DNA of 43,245 nt from a virus (IMGVR_UViG_3300005323_000369:1-43245), one strand, 5' to 3'; counted from the first letter of the stretch, positions 1 to 8,735 are shown. Made by a program: numbers and translations. Notes: generated by a model not told the origin, from the sequence alone.

Positions 1-414
1 ATGGGCCGATACGATTTCGAAGGAGGGCTCATCCCACTCCCCCAGGAGCGCGTTTTCGTCGATGAGATCATCCTCGACGAGGAGCTGCAGCTGGAAAGAG
101 AGCTGATTGAGGAGGAGCTGCGCCCCGTCCAGGCTGCCTGGGATGCCCTGGAGCCTGAGGATACCGGGCTGATGCCATTACCCATGCAGGAGTTCGAGCC
201 AAGGCCTCATTGGCACCTCAACTTCCTGCAGGTGGAATTCCTAAGGCACCTCTTTTTCATCGGAGAGGTCGGCTATTCGGCGATCATCATTTCCGTGCAC
301 CATCTGGAGTTTAAAACCGCCCTGGAGCTATTCCGTGAGAAATGGGGCGACTATCCGATCGCGAAAGTGACAGAGGCGGCAAACCTCATGTGGGAACTGC
401 GGGCGGTGGCCTGA
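1..414 (+). CDS. Hypothetical protein
   Basis: 137-aa ORF abutting the next gene (TGA then ATG); no recognised motif. Confidence 0.6.
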   Translation: MGRYDFEGGLIPLPQERVFVDEIILDEELQLERELIEEELRPVQAAWDALEPEDTGLMPLPMQEFEPRPHWHLNFLQVEFLRHLFFIGEVGYSAIIISVHHLEFKTALELFREKWGDYPIAKVTEAANLMWELRAVA

Positions 415-1131
415 ATGGCCCGGACTAAAATCGATTGGGCCGATGAGACCATCAACCCGATCACCGGCTGCCGCAACTTCGGCAGGCCTGACATCTGTGG
501 CGACTACTGCTATGCAGCTCGGATAGCCCGGCGGCTGAAAGGCCGCTTCGGCTATCCCGCAGACGATCCCTTCCGGCCCACTTTTCACCCGGACAGGCTC
601 CAGAAGATCAACCGGAAGCGCAGCAAGACCCCTACCCGGATCTTCCTGAACAGCATGTCGGACTTGTTCTGTGAAGGCGTCAATCCTGACTGGATCCAGC
701 AAACCATCGAGGCTGTTTGCCGGAATGAGAACAATCTCTTCTTCGTCCTGACCAAGCGGCCCGAAAGAATCCTGGAGCTGATCCACTGCATACCGCTCCC
801 AAAGAACCTCTGGTGGGGCGTCTCGGTAACGAAGCAGCAGGACCTTTGGCGGATCGCCGCCTTGAGAGAAGCCCTGCCCGGCGTCCATAAGTTCGTTAGC
901 TTCGAGCCTCTGCACGGCCCGATCAGCCCGGATTACGAGGGCATCGAATGGACGATAATAGGCGCGGAGAGCCGCAACCGCGTGGGCAGAATCATCCCGC
1001 AGCCAGCCTGGATTGCAGCTCTTGTCAGCCGCATTCCTAGACCAATCCCGGTCTTCATGAAGGAGAACCTCAGGCCGCACATTCCCGCAGATTGGGATCT
1101 TGTGCAGCAGTTCCCGGAGGCCTGGCCATGA
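415..1131 (+). CDS. DUF5131 / phage Gp37Gp68 family protein (radical-SAM-like)
   Basis: TKIDWADETINPITGC...C...CYA, F.NSMSDLF, LTKRPER, NLWWGVSV, FVSFEPL, W.IIGAES, PVFMK motifs. Confidence 0.88.
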   Translation: MARTKIDWADETINPITGCRNFGRPDICGDYCYAARIARRLKGRFGYPADDPFRPTFHPDRLQKINRKRSKTPTRIFLNSMSDLFCEGVNPDWIQQTIEAVCRNENNLFFVLTKRPERILELIHCIPLPKNLWWGVSVTKQQDLWRIAALREALPGVHKFVSFEPLHGPISPDYEGIEWTIIGAESRNRVGRIIPQPAWIAALVSRIPRPIPVFMKENLRPHIPADWDLVQQFPEAWP

Positions 1132-1289
1132 AGTGGGAAGGCTCCCTTATGACCTCCTTCCAGATAATGGGCTCGTTGCACTTCTCCATGCAGCTGGAGG
1201 GCTACCCGGACCAGGGCGAGACGAACGCTCTCCTGGAGCGGTTGAAAGGCAAGAAGATCCGCCTCGTGGTTGAGGAGGTGCAGCCGTGA
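1128..1289 (+). CDS. Small hypothetical protein (53 aa)
   Basis: ATGA overlap with upstream stop, GGAGG RBS; GTGA overlap downstream. Confidence 0.6.
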   Translation: MKWEGSLMTSFQIMGSLHFSMQLEGYPDQGETNALLERLKGKKIRLVVEEVQP

Positions 1290-1534
1290 GCGGCGTCATT
1301 CTCATCCTCGGACAGGATCTCAAGTCTCAGATCCTGGAAAGGCTTCCCTTCGATCAAGAGGCTGCAGTCGCCGCCAGAGACCTGGTTCCGCACTTCCCGA
1401 ACACTCCAATCGCTCAGATCAGCCGGGCCCTGTCGATGCTCCATAAATGGCCGGACGTGGAGCGTCAAAAGACCACCATGCGAACGATCAACGGTGGATG
1501 CACTGTCTTGAAGTACTGGAGGCTGAGGCCATGA
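1286..1534 (+). CDS. Small winged-helix-like DNA-binding protein
   Basis: AARDLVPHF...IAQISRALSML followed by a beta-wing ending YWRL; coupled overlaps at both ends. Confidence 0.55.
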   Translation: MSGVILILGQDLKSQILERLPFDQEAAVAARDLVPHFPNTPIAQISRALSMLHKWPDVERQKTTMRTINGGCTVLKYWRLRP

Positions 1535-1713
1535 CCCAATCCAATCCCGGCACTCTTCAGAGCATCTACAGCCGCTCCCGCCGCATATGCGCTGACAAGG
1601 CCCAGGCTCATCTCAGGGATTTTGCCGTAAAAGGCGAAGGCTCAATCGAGAATGGCCTATCGAGCGACTCAGAGAAAAAGACTGCCCGGTCCGATGTACA
1701 GGAGGCAGCCTGA
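1531..1713 (+). CDS. Small hypothetical protein
   Basis: ATGA-coupled start after GAGG; stop overlaps next start. Confidence 0.5.
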   Translation: MTQSNPGTLQSIYSRSRRICADKAQAHLRDFAVKGEGSIENGLSSDSEKKTARSDVQEAA

Positions 1714-2009
1714 TGTCGGGCAACAAAACAAGCCAGAGCGTCCCGCTGACCGTCGCCCCTGATTATCCGGATGTTTGGCTTACAAAGACTGAGGAATATC
1801 TTGAGTGGCTGGATTCGCAGATCGAGTCCTCAGCTAACGATGTTGCGGAGATGCGCTCCGAACTGCAGAATCTGAGCGAGAGGCTGGACAAGCGAGAGGC
1901 ACAAAACGCCATTCTCACCAAAATCACCCAGAATCTCCGCGGTCAGATCTACGATATCCGTGAACTTCTGAAGGAGCGGCAGAAGAACCGTGAGGGGGCG
2001 CGAGCATGA
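1713..2009 (+). CDS. Coiled-coil hypothetical protein
   Basis: Heptad-rich 98-aa ORF with GGAGG RBS. Confidence 0.65.
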   Translation: MSGNKTSQSVPLTVAPDYPDVWLTKTEEYLEWLDSQIESSANDVAEMRSELQNLSERLDKREAQNAILTKITQNLRGQIYDIRELLKERQKNREGARA

Positions 2010-2635
2010 TATCTGAGGCTCAAGTGCCGGGATTCGTGCCCGCCTCGGAAATTCCACCCGGGAACCTGTCCAGAGAGGAAGAGCTTGAAGAGCTGGTCCG
2101 AAAACTCAGCGCGGATGCTGAGCGCCGCAGTGATATGGATAATAGCGGGCCTGCCAGCCAGGCAGCCGGCAGGCTTCCTGCTGGCCCGAAGCCAAAGGAG
2201 TGGCAGGCACTCCAGATAGTCATCAGCGATCTTCTCGAAGCTAACAAAGATCTGCAAGCCACTGTCAAGAAGCAGGCATTGCAGATCGAGGAATTGAAAC
2301 AGAAGCTGCAAGATCAAGAAGCTGCTCTTGCTTTTCAGGAGAAGAGGCTCGATAAGCATTCTGAGTATATCCTCGACATCAAAGACAGAATGGACCCGGA
2401 GCCACAACCCAAGCAGAAAAACCAGAGCGAGATATTGAGACTCCTCCTGGCCCAGAATAATGGCAAGATGCTCAAAGCAGATGCACGCCATAAGATGGGT
2501 TTATCGAAATCGCAGTTTTCAGATCTCCTTTCCACCATGTCGGGATTGGTCGAGAGCAAGCCCTTAAGGGGTGATAGAAGAAGCCATGTTTTGATTTTAA
2601 TAAAAAATAAGGAATTAGTTCAGCTGAACTATTAA
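2006..2635 (+). CDS. Coiled-coil plus C-terminal winged-HTH protein (candidate replication initiator or regulator)
   Basis: Central coiled coil; QSEILRLLL...MLKADARHKMGLSKSQFSDLL wHTH pattern; followed directly by palindromic repeats. Confidence 0.65.
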   Translation: MISEAQVPGFVPASEIPPGNLSREEELEELVRKLSADAERRSDMDNSGPASQAAGRLPAGPKPKEWQALQIVISDLLEANKDLQATVKKQALQIEELKQKLQDQEAALAFQEKRLDKHSEYILDIKDRMDPEPQPKQKNQSEILRLLLAQNNGKMLKADARHKMGLSKSQFSDLLSTMSGLVESKPLRGDRRSHVLILIKNKELVQLNY

Positions 2636-2808
2636 CTATTTCCTGAGCTGAACTATTGGGGTTAGAAAATTGGGGTAAAATAGTCCGGAAATGGACTGAA
2701 AATGAATAGAGTTAGTTTGGAGAAGGAGAAGAAAAGAGAGCAAAATAAGAAAAATAGTAACATTCACTGAACCAAGGCAAAATAGTTCATAGTTCAGCTG
2801 AACTAATT
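2613..2808. repeat. 29-bp inverted repeats containing the perfect palindrome TAGTTCAGCTGAACTA, flanking an AT/purine-rich spacer (ori/operator-like)
   Basis: 2613-2641 and 2780-2808 are reverse complements at 28/29; palindromes at 2616-2631 and 2790-2805; extra half site AGCTGAACTATT at 2646-2657. Confidence 0.85.
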
Positions 2809-2809
2809 T

Positions 2810-2865
2810 CAAAATTAAAATAAATTGGTATATATGTATCTCAAATTGGCAATTTTGGAGGAGAC
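2810..2865 (+). promoter_or_regulatory. Archaeal-type promoter and RBS
   Basis: A-rich tract then TATATAT about 35 nt before the ATG at 2869; GGAGG RBS. Confidence 0.45.
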
Positions 2866-2868
2866 GAG

Positions 2869-3276
2869 ATGAAGATGTACGGAATTGCTACCGACTTGGG
2901 CGACGATTGGGCTGGTCCCTATGTGGATCAAGGGCTCTTGCAGAAGACTCTTGCCATCATCCAGAAGGTTGACCCGAACGCGGAAATTGTCTCGAAGGAT
3001 ACTGATCCATTCTCGGAGCAGATCCTGGCCGGCCTCCTGCCCTTCAGGATCCATGTCGATCTAGTGGACGGAATACCCCAGCTCCCGGCAGAGGTTTCCC
3101 TCTCCTGGCCCCCCAGCTCCATGGAAGGCATTCAGGTCGGTAACCAGGAATATCGTGAATACTTTGTCTGGGCCGAGAGCGAGAAGGCAGCTTTGCGCAA
3201 GCTGGCCACGCTGAACAAAGCAGTGCAGAGCTACAGCCCGAAGGCTGCTGCAGCTGAGGTGGAGGTTTTGGGATGA
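2869..3276 (+). CDS. Hypothetical protein
   Basis: 135-aa ORF with strong RBS. Confidence 0.7.
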   Translation: MKMYGIATDLGDDWAGPYVDQGLLQKTLAIIQKVDPNAEIVSKDTDPFSEQILAGLLPFRIHVDLVDGIPQLPAEVSLSWPPSSMEGIQVGNQEYREYFVWAESEKAALRKLATLNKAVQSYSPKAAAAEVEVLG

Positions 3277-3431
3277 ATATCGACTTCACGCAGGATGAAG
3301 TTCGCGTCATGCGCGCCATGTTCAAGAGAACAATGCCTGTTTTTGAAGAAACGTGGAAAGATGAAGATCCAATGAAGATTTTGCCAAAGTTGAAGGCAGT
3401 TAGGGATAAATTTGAAGGAGGCTGCATCTAA
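3273..3431 (+). CDS. Small hypothetical protein (52 aa, not in ORF track)
   Basis: MNIDFTQDEVRVMRAMFKR...GGCI; ATGA overlap upstream, TAATG overlap downstream, GGAGG RBS. Confidence 0.6.
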   Translation: MNIDFTQDEVRVMRAMFKRTMPVFEETWKDEDPMKILPKLKAVRDKFEGGCI

Positions 3432-4009
3432 TGGATCCTCTGCAGGTGGCCACAGACTACGCCGAGGAAGAGGGCTTCCGGCTCACCCGGGACGCAGAAG
3501 GCCAATGGATTGAGGTCCATCATCTTCGAGGCGGAGCGAGAATCCAGAGAGACGGCACCATCCTTTGCGAGACCAATCCACCACTCAAGATGGTACTGGA
3601 GAAGAAGCTCGCCCAGGCCAAAGCCAAGGAAGCTCAGCTCCTGGAGGACCCTGAAGGCCGGGTCACTATCAAGTTTTCAGCCGAGTACGAGAAGATGCCG
3701 GCTGACATCTCCCACACAACTCTCCTGGCCGTGCTGAAGGTCAAGCGCTCTCAGCTCTCAGCGCAATTCCTGGAGTGGGACACCAAATTCCGCAACCTCT
3801 CCGGCAACTACCCGCTCTCTTCCGCCCAGGAGGTCCTCGTTCTCATGCTTCTGTCCGCCCCTGAACCTACCGTCCCCCGCAATCCCTGGCTTGAGCAGCC
3901 TCACCTCTGGACAACCATCCGGGCAGCCTGGCCTCCGGAGAAGGAAGGCTTCTACCGCAGCCATGTGGGCGAGCTTGTGAACATCGAAATCAAAGGAGGG
4001 AAAGCATGA
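3431..4009 (+). CDS. Hypothetical protein
   Basis: 192-aa coupled ORF. Confidence 0.7.
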   Translation: MDPLQVATDYAEEEGFRLTRDAEGQWIEVHHLRGGARIQRDGTILCETNPPLKMVLEKKLAQAKAKEAQLLEDPEGRVTIKFSAEYEKMPADISHTTLLAVLKVKRSQLSAQFLEWDTKFRNLSGNYPLSSAQEVLVLMLLSAPEPTVPRNPWLEQPHLWTTIRAAWPPEKEGFYRSHVGELVNIEIKGGKA

Positions 4010-4200
4010 ACCGCTCCGAGCAGGCAGCCGCCAGGCGCGAGGCAGAACTGCAAGAGGCTCTCGGCCATCTCGAATATTTCAAAAGAACAGCTTTGGCCCT
4101 CGATCAGGCCATGAAGGTCATGGCGAAGGATCTGCAGTTCTGCAAGAAGAATGAACAGATCTGGGAAAAGCGCATCGAGAAGTTGCAGGAGAGGGCATGA
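4006..4200 (+). CDS. Small coiled-coil protein
   Basis: GGAGG RBS, ATGA overlaps. Confidence 0.6.
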   Translation: MNRSEQAAARREAELQEALGHLEYFKRTALALDQAMKVMAKDLQFCKKNEQIWEKRIEKLQERA

Positions 4201-4475
4201 AACCAAATCCAGGAATTTTCATTGCCAACCGCCCAAGGCGCAACTCCGCCACGGATTTCGTTGACATGCAGGTCTCGACCCTCATAAGCGATCATGCTTC
4301 AAAGAAGCCCTGCATCGAGGACCTCGTTCAGATAGCCAAAAAGGAGATGCCGAATTTCGATTGGACAAACGACAAAATACGCCATGCAGTGGAGCGATTA
4401 GAGAAGCGGGGAAGATTGGCGAGTAAGTACGCAATCAGGGGGAAGAGACTCTGCAGAGTGCCATATCCAATCTAA
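4197..4475 (+). CDS. Small winged-helix-like protein
   Basis: CIEDLVQIAK...WTNDKIRHAVERLEKRGRL helix-turn-helix and wing pattern. Confidence 0.6.
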   Translation: MKPNPGIFIANRPRRNSATDFVDMQVSTLISDHASKKPCIEDLVQIAKKEMPNFDWTNDKIRHAVERLEKRGRLASKYAIRGKRLCRVPYPI

Positions 4476-4936
4476 TTTCGAGCGACGTCGCTAACAGCGG
4501 AGCGGATATTAATGAGGGGAAAGGATTTCTTCCGTCTTCAGAGGATTTCGGGCCGGGATTCAAGAAAGCTCTGGCAAAAGACCTCAATTTTCGTCGTATC
4601 TGGGAGGGCGGTCCGAGGGACCTTCACCTCCGCCTGAAGAAGCAGATAGATTATGATAAAAATGGACGACTAATATATAACGGCAAGCCATATAATAAAG
4701 ATACATGGTGCTGCTACTATTGGGGCGATTGCCAGATGTATGGCCCTCCTAAGGTCATACGTCAGCAGGGTAGGCTCGCCAAGGAAGAGCCGGACGAGGC
4801 TAATACCCATCCGGAGATAATAATTTTCACAGCAAAGGGCGAAGCCCTGAACCTCGATGCCTGCCCATGCGGTGGCGAGCTGATCATGGACGATGACGGC
4901 TCTCTCTACTGCAAGGAGTGCGGTGTCTTCTATTAG
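4451..4936 (+). CDS. Protein with C-terminal TFIIB-like Zn ribbon; start uncertain (CTG 4451 or ATG 4736)
   Basis: CPCGG...LYCKECG motif; the frame is open from 4427 to 4936. Confidence 0.55.
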   Translation: MQSAISNLISSDVANSGADINEGKGFLPSSEDFGPGFKKALAKDLNFRRIWEGGPRDLHLRLKKQIDYDKNGRLIYNGKPYNKDTWCCYYWGDCQMYGPPKVIRQQGRLAKEEPDEANTHPEIIIFTAKGEALNLDACPCGGELIMDDDGSLYCKECGVFY

Positions 4937-5087
4937 CATCACAGTCACCGAAATGGTGAACACAAATCTAAAGGAGTTGAGAAACTAACTCCGATAACCA
5001 ACCTCATGTAGCTGGCAGAGCCCCTCGAAAGGGTGAATCACATCCGCGGCTTGTGCCTACTATTTTCCAATGATCTACGGAGGACTA

Positions 5088-5927
5088 ATGAATCACAAGG
5101 TCGAGCCGCGCGGGGCGAAAGTAACCCCAAACGACTCCGCAATCATTTCAGAACATTCAAGCACAGAGCAAACAGCAGGAAACGCCGAAGATAAACAGCC
5201 CGCCATCTCCATTGACCGGATCTATCAGGGAGACTGTCTGGCGCTCCTGCCAGGGATCCCTGATCTCTGCATGGACATGGTTCTCACCGATCCGCCCTAT
5301 TCTTCTGGCGGCCTGGTGAGCTCGTCCAGGGCCCGGCCCACAGGCGAGAAATACATCGTGACCGGCACCAAGCTTGTGCGCCCTGATTTCCTGGGCGATA
5401 ATCGGGATCAGAGAAGCTTTCTCATCTGGTGCACGCTCTGGATGGCCCAGTGCTACCGGGTGCTCAAGGACGGTGGCCTGATCCTCTGCTTCACCGACTG
5501 GAGGCAGCTTCCCACCATAACAGACGCGATTCAGGTAGCTGGATTCATCTGGCGGGGTGTCTTCGTCTGGGACAAGACCGAGGCGGCCAGGCCGGATAAA
5601 GGCAGGTTCAGGCACCAGTGCGAGTACGTGGTCTATGCCTCAAAAGGGGCTTTTCGCAAGAGTTCCGAGACCTGTTTTCCCGGAGTATTCCGGAAGGCGG
5701 TCAATGGCCGGGAGAAGCTCCACCAGGCGGGCAAGCCCGTAGAACTCATCGAGGAGCTGCTCAGGATAGCTCCCGAGGATGCCCTCATTCTGGATCCCTT
5801 CATGGGCTCCGGAACCACTGCAGCAGCCTGCCTGAAAACTGGGCGCCATTTTTTGGGCTTCGAACTATCTGCGGAGTACTACGAGATAGCAAGGAAGCGG
5901 CTAGAATCCGCTATGGGTCCAAGATAA
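5088..5927 (+). CDS. DNA methyltransferase, N6-adenine/N4-cytosine, beta class
   Basis: IYQGDCL, TDPPY catalytic motif, HQAGKPVELI, then LDPFMGSGTT SAM-binding motif; GGAGG RBS before ATG 5088. Confidence 0.93.
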   Translation: MNHKVEPRGAKVTPNDSAIISEHSSTEQTAGNAEDKQPAISIDRIYQGDCLALLPGIPDLCMDMVLTDPPYSSGGLVSSSRARPTGEKYIVTGTKLVRPDFLGDNRDQRSFLIWCTLWMAQCYRVLKDGGLILCFTDWRQLPTITDAIQVAGFIWRGVFVWDKTEAARPDKGRFRHQCEYVVYASKGAFRKSSETCFPGVFRKAVNGREKLHQAGKPVELIEELLRIAPEDALILDPFMGSGTTAAACLKTGRHFLGFELSAEYYEIARKRLESAMGPR

Positions 5928-5984
5928 TCTCAATTGGGCCCATTCACAAATCTTTTTGTGTATCAAAATATTAAAATGAATACA

Positions 5985-6175
5985 CGCAATAATAATTATT
6001 AATATAATTTGCCGTGCGATGCCGTCACGGCGTTCCCAGTCACAGAACTAGCCATCTGTGTCAGCACATTCGGGCCGGGGATCCTTCTATTCCCTCCTAC
6101 ATCGGCGATATACACCCGGCCCATTCTTCCTTACAGAACCTTACAAACCTTACAAAAATGAAAGCTGAGCTTACA
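5985..6175 (+). promoter_or_regulatory. Candidate late promoter with structured leader and CCTTACA repeats upstream of terS
   Basis: AT-rich TATA-like tract about 5990-6010; stems 6011-6031, 6041-6060, 6072-6122; CCTTACA at 6129, 6139, 6148 and CTTACA at 6170. Confidence 0.5.
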
Positions 6176-6177
6176 AC

Positions 6178-6705
6178 ATGCCCGCCGGATACTCGTCTCG
6201 CTGCAAGGCCTGCAACTCTCCCCTTCGCCTCCAGATAGAACGCTGGAAGGTCAAAGACGGACTGAAAACAACCGAGATCTCCCTCCGGCTGAAAGAGATG
6301 GGCGAGCCGATCAGCAGGCCCGCGCTGGATAATCACTTTGCCGAGCACTATGACGTACAGTCCGAAGTGCAGGAGCAGTACAACCAGAGCCAAGTTGCAT
6401 TATCTCAGGCCGCGGGCGAGCGCGTCACCGAGATCCAGATCTTGGATGATGTGGTTGCAGGAAAGCGTACCCTCCACCAAAAGCTTGAGAAGATTCTTAC
6501 CAACCGCCTGAATGGCCTGGAAGACACCAATGAGCCGCGAGAACTTCCTAAGATCCCGCAGGCTTACGTCTCACTATATGTGGGATGTGCGTCCGAGATC
6601 CGCCAATTCCTCAAAACCAAGCAGGAACTTCTGGGCGAAGATGCCGGGGCTAAGAAAGCCAAAGCCATGGAGACCTGGGTCGACCTCATGACTGAAGATG
6701 AATGA
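6178..6705 (+). CDS. terS: Terminase small subunit (putative)
   Basis: Directly upstream of and overlapping terL; N-terminal CxxC plus HTH (TTEISLRLKEMGEPISRPALDNHF); helical core. Confidence 0.7.
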   Translation: MPAGYSSRCKACNSPLRLQIERWKVKDGLKTTEISLRLKEMGEPISRPALDNHFAEHYDVQSEVQEQYNQSQVALSQAAGERVTEIQILDDVVAGKRTLHQKLEKILTNRLNGLEDTNEPRELPKIPQAYVSLYVGCASEIRQFLKTKQELLGEDAGAKKAKAMETWVDLMTEDE

Positions 6706-8195
6706 CAATACCTCTCTCAAAGGAGCAGCGCAAACAGATTCGTGAACGCGCCCCGCAGGATCCCGTCTGGTGGATCTCAAGGATACTGGGCGCAATTCTG
6801 TGGCCTGTCCAGCAGACCATCATAAACTCTGTGCGGGACAACCTGCGCACCTCGGCCCGCTCCTGCCACGGCATAGGCAAATCATTTCTTGCCGGCAACA
6901 CAGCCCTCTGGTTCCTCTACACCTTTCCTTATTCCATAATACTAACCACCGCTCCAACATGGCGGCAGGTCGAAAAGCTCGTGTGGAAGGAGATCCGGTC
7001 GAGTATCCGGAAGTCAAAGATTGACCTTGGCGGCGAGCTGGCCAAGAAAAGCCCTGAACTGCAGATCGTGCAGGATGAGTGGGTAGCGCTCGGCATATCC
7101 ACTAACCAGCCCGATAGGTTCCAGGGCTTCCACGCCAAACACGTTCTCGTAATAGTTGACGAAGCTGCAGGTGTCAAGGAAGATATTTTCGAAGCCATTG
7201 AGGGCGTCCTGACATCCGGGCATTGCAGGCTCCTGCTATTGGGCAACCCAACCCTCATTGGCGGCACGTTCTACAAATCCCAGCGAGAGGCTGGCTGGAA
7301 AGCCTTCCACATAGCTGCCTGGGATACACCGAACTTCACGGCCTTCGGTATTACGGAGGATGACCTGGAGTCTGGCGCGTGGAAAGAAAAATCGCCCTGC
7401 AACCCGGACGGCACCTTCAACTGGCCGATGCCGTGGCTCATAACGCCCGAGTGGGCGGCAGGACGCCTGAAGGCATGGGGCAAGAACCATCCGGCCTATC
7501 AGGCCAGGGTGGCGGGCAACTTTCCCACACAGGGCGAGAATAATGTCATCCCGCTTGCGTGGATTGAGGCCGCAATGGCCCGGTGGGAGGATACAGAAGG
7601 TCAGGGCTCGACCGTCCTGGGCGTGGATGTGGCCAGATTCGGCCAGGACCTCAGCGTGATAGCTCCTCGCCAGGGCCAAAAGGTCGCAGCCCTGAAAGTC
7701 TATTCCGGCAAGGACACCCAGGAGATCACGGGCGAGGTCCTGGTGGCCGCCCGAGAGACGAGGGCCCGGCACATCAAGGTCGACGTAATAGGCATGGGTG
7801 CGGGTGTAGTCGATCCCCTAAAGGCCGCAGACGCTCCCGTTGTGGCTGTGAATGTGGCCTCCTCCTCCGATGTCGTGGATGATGACGGCAACAGGGTTTT
7901 CCTGAACCTGCGGGCCGAACTCTGGTGGGCTCTGCGGGAAGCCCTTGACCCAAAGAATCCTGAGCCGCTCGCATTGCCGCCAGACGAGGACCTCATGGGC
8001 GACCTGGCGGCCCCCACATACAGATTTACCGGAAAGGGCGCGATCCAGATAGAAGAAAAGGAAGAGACCAAGAAGCGCCTCGGACATAGCCCCGATAGGG
8101 CGGATGCTGTTATGTTGACTTTTGCGCCAGTGAAGACATTCGAACTGCCAAAGCTCTCATTCACCGGAGCTACCAAAAGACCTGCCTGGAAGTGA
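6702..8195 (+). CDS. terL: Terminase large subunit
   Basis: Walker A variant SCHGIGKS, TAPT..Q, Walker B VIVDEA, LGNP, nuclease motifs LGVDVARFGQD and SPDRADA. Confidence 0.95.
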   Translation: MTIPLSKEQRKQIRERAPQDPVWWISRILGAILWPVQQTIINSVRDNLRTSARSCHGIGKSFLAGNTALWFLYTFPYSIILTTAPTWRQVEKLVWKEIRSSIRKSKIDLGGELAKKSPELQIVQDEWVALGISTNQPDRFQGFHAKHVLVIVDEAAGVKEDIFEAIEGVLTSGHCRLLLLGNPTLIGGTFYKSQREAGWKAFHIAAWDTPNFTAFGITEDDLESGAWKEKSPCNPDGTFNWPMPWLITPEWAAGRLKAWGKNHPAYQARVAGNFPTQGENNVIPLAWIEAAMARWEDTEGQGSTVLGVDVARFGQDLSVIAPRQGQKVAALKVYSGKDTQEITGEVLVAARETRARHIKVDVIGMGAGVVDPLKAADAPVVAVNVASSSDVVDDDGNRVFLNLRAELWWALREALDPKNPEPLALPPDEDLMGDLAAPTYRFTGKGAIQIEEKEETKKRLGHSPDRADAVMLTFAPVKTFELPKLSFTGATKRPAWK

Positions 8196-8199
8196 TTTT

Positions 8200-8436
8200 A
8201 TGGCTGAGAAAGCAAGAGATTACAAGCAAGAATACCGAGAATACCATGGAAAGCCTGCCCAAATCAAAGAAAGGGCACAGAGAAATGCCGCTCGTTCAGA
8301 GATGGGGCTTAAAGTTGGTGACCCCAGAGAGGTAGACCACAAGAACCCCATATCGAACGGTGGCACAAACTCTCCTCGCAACCTCAGAGCCGTGAGCCGG
8401 GAAACCAACCGTGGCAAAGGCGCATCGAAGAAGTGA
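8200..8436 (+). CDS. Small HNH endonuclease
   Basis: RDYKQEY...EVDHKNPISNGGTNSPRNLRAVSRETN HNH/HNN motif; located between terL and portal. Confidence 0.85.
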   Translation: MAEKARDYKQEYREYHGKPAQIKERAQRNAARSEMGLKVGDPREVDHKNPISNGGTNSPRNLRAVSRETNRGKGASKK

Positions 8437-8630
8437 CTTCCTCCCCGCCCCTGAAGGAGCGGGGCTTCCTGATTCATCGAACACCTTCGGGTTCATCCAC
8501 AGGCTTGAATTCGACACAGTCCGTGCCTACTACGTTGTTGCCTAGTCCCAGGTTGACTTTACGGGGTACAGGGTACGGGCAACTGACTTGTATTCCCGAC
8601 CTTGCGAGTCTGAAGGTTGACGCTTGAGAC
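8413..8630 (-). ncRNA. Putative TnpB omega-RNA (reRNA) scaffold plus flanking guide; 5' end approximate
   Basis: Right-end sequence GAATTCAAGCCTGTGGA...GAATCAGGAAGCCCCGCTCCTTCAGGGGCGGGGAGGAAGTCAC typical of tnpB-element ends; TATATATAT about 8648-8657 upstream on this strand. Confidence 0.6.
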
Positions 8631-8735
8631 AGAGGTAGTTGCCTATGATATATATATGATTGCAGCAACAGCGGGCAGCGTTTCATCCCATCCCCTAAAG
8701 GAGATGGGTCTTCTCTCGCCCTGCACCCCTACGCT
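8433..8735 (-). mobile_element. Non-autonomous IS200/IS605-family mini-element (303 bp; tnpA absent, tnpB reduced to a 3' remnant)
   Basis: Two related subterminal hairpins (8443-8464, 8687-8708); right end TCAC, left-flank target TTAT; removal restores the HNH end AAG AAA TAA; TnpB-like tail NLGLG...VGTDCVEFKPVD. Confidence 0.85.

Noticed and set aside
2613-2808. CRISPR array or MITE
   Set aside because: Only two full repeats, in inverted orientation, with no spacer series; no target-site duplication visible
8433-8686. ORFs 8433-8627 (+) and 8474-8686 (-) as real genes
   Set aside because: Both lie inside the mini-IS; only the last roughly 25 codons of the - ORF resemble a tnpB tail remnant
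8200-8735. IscB/HEARO-type system (HNH plus structured RNA)
   Set aside because: The HNH is 78 aa with no RuvC or PLMP motifs and lies on the opposite strand, outside the element ends; the element's coding remnant is TnpB-like
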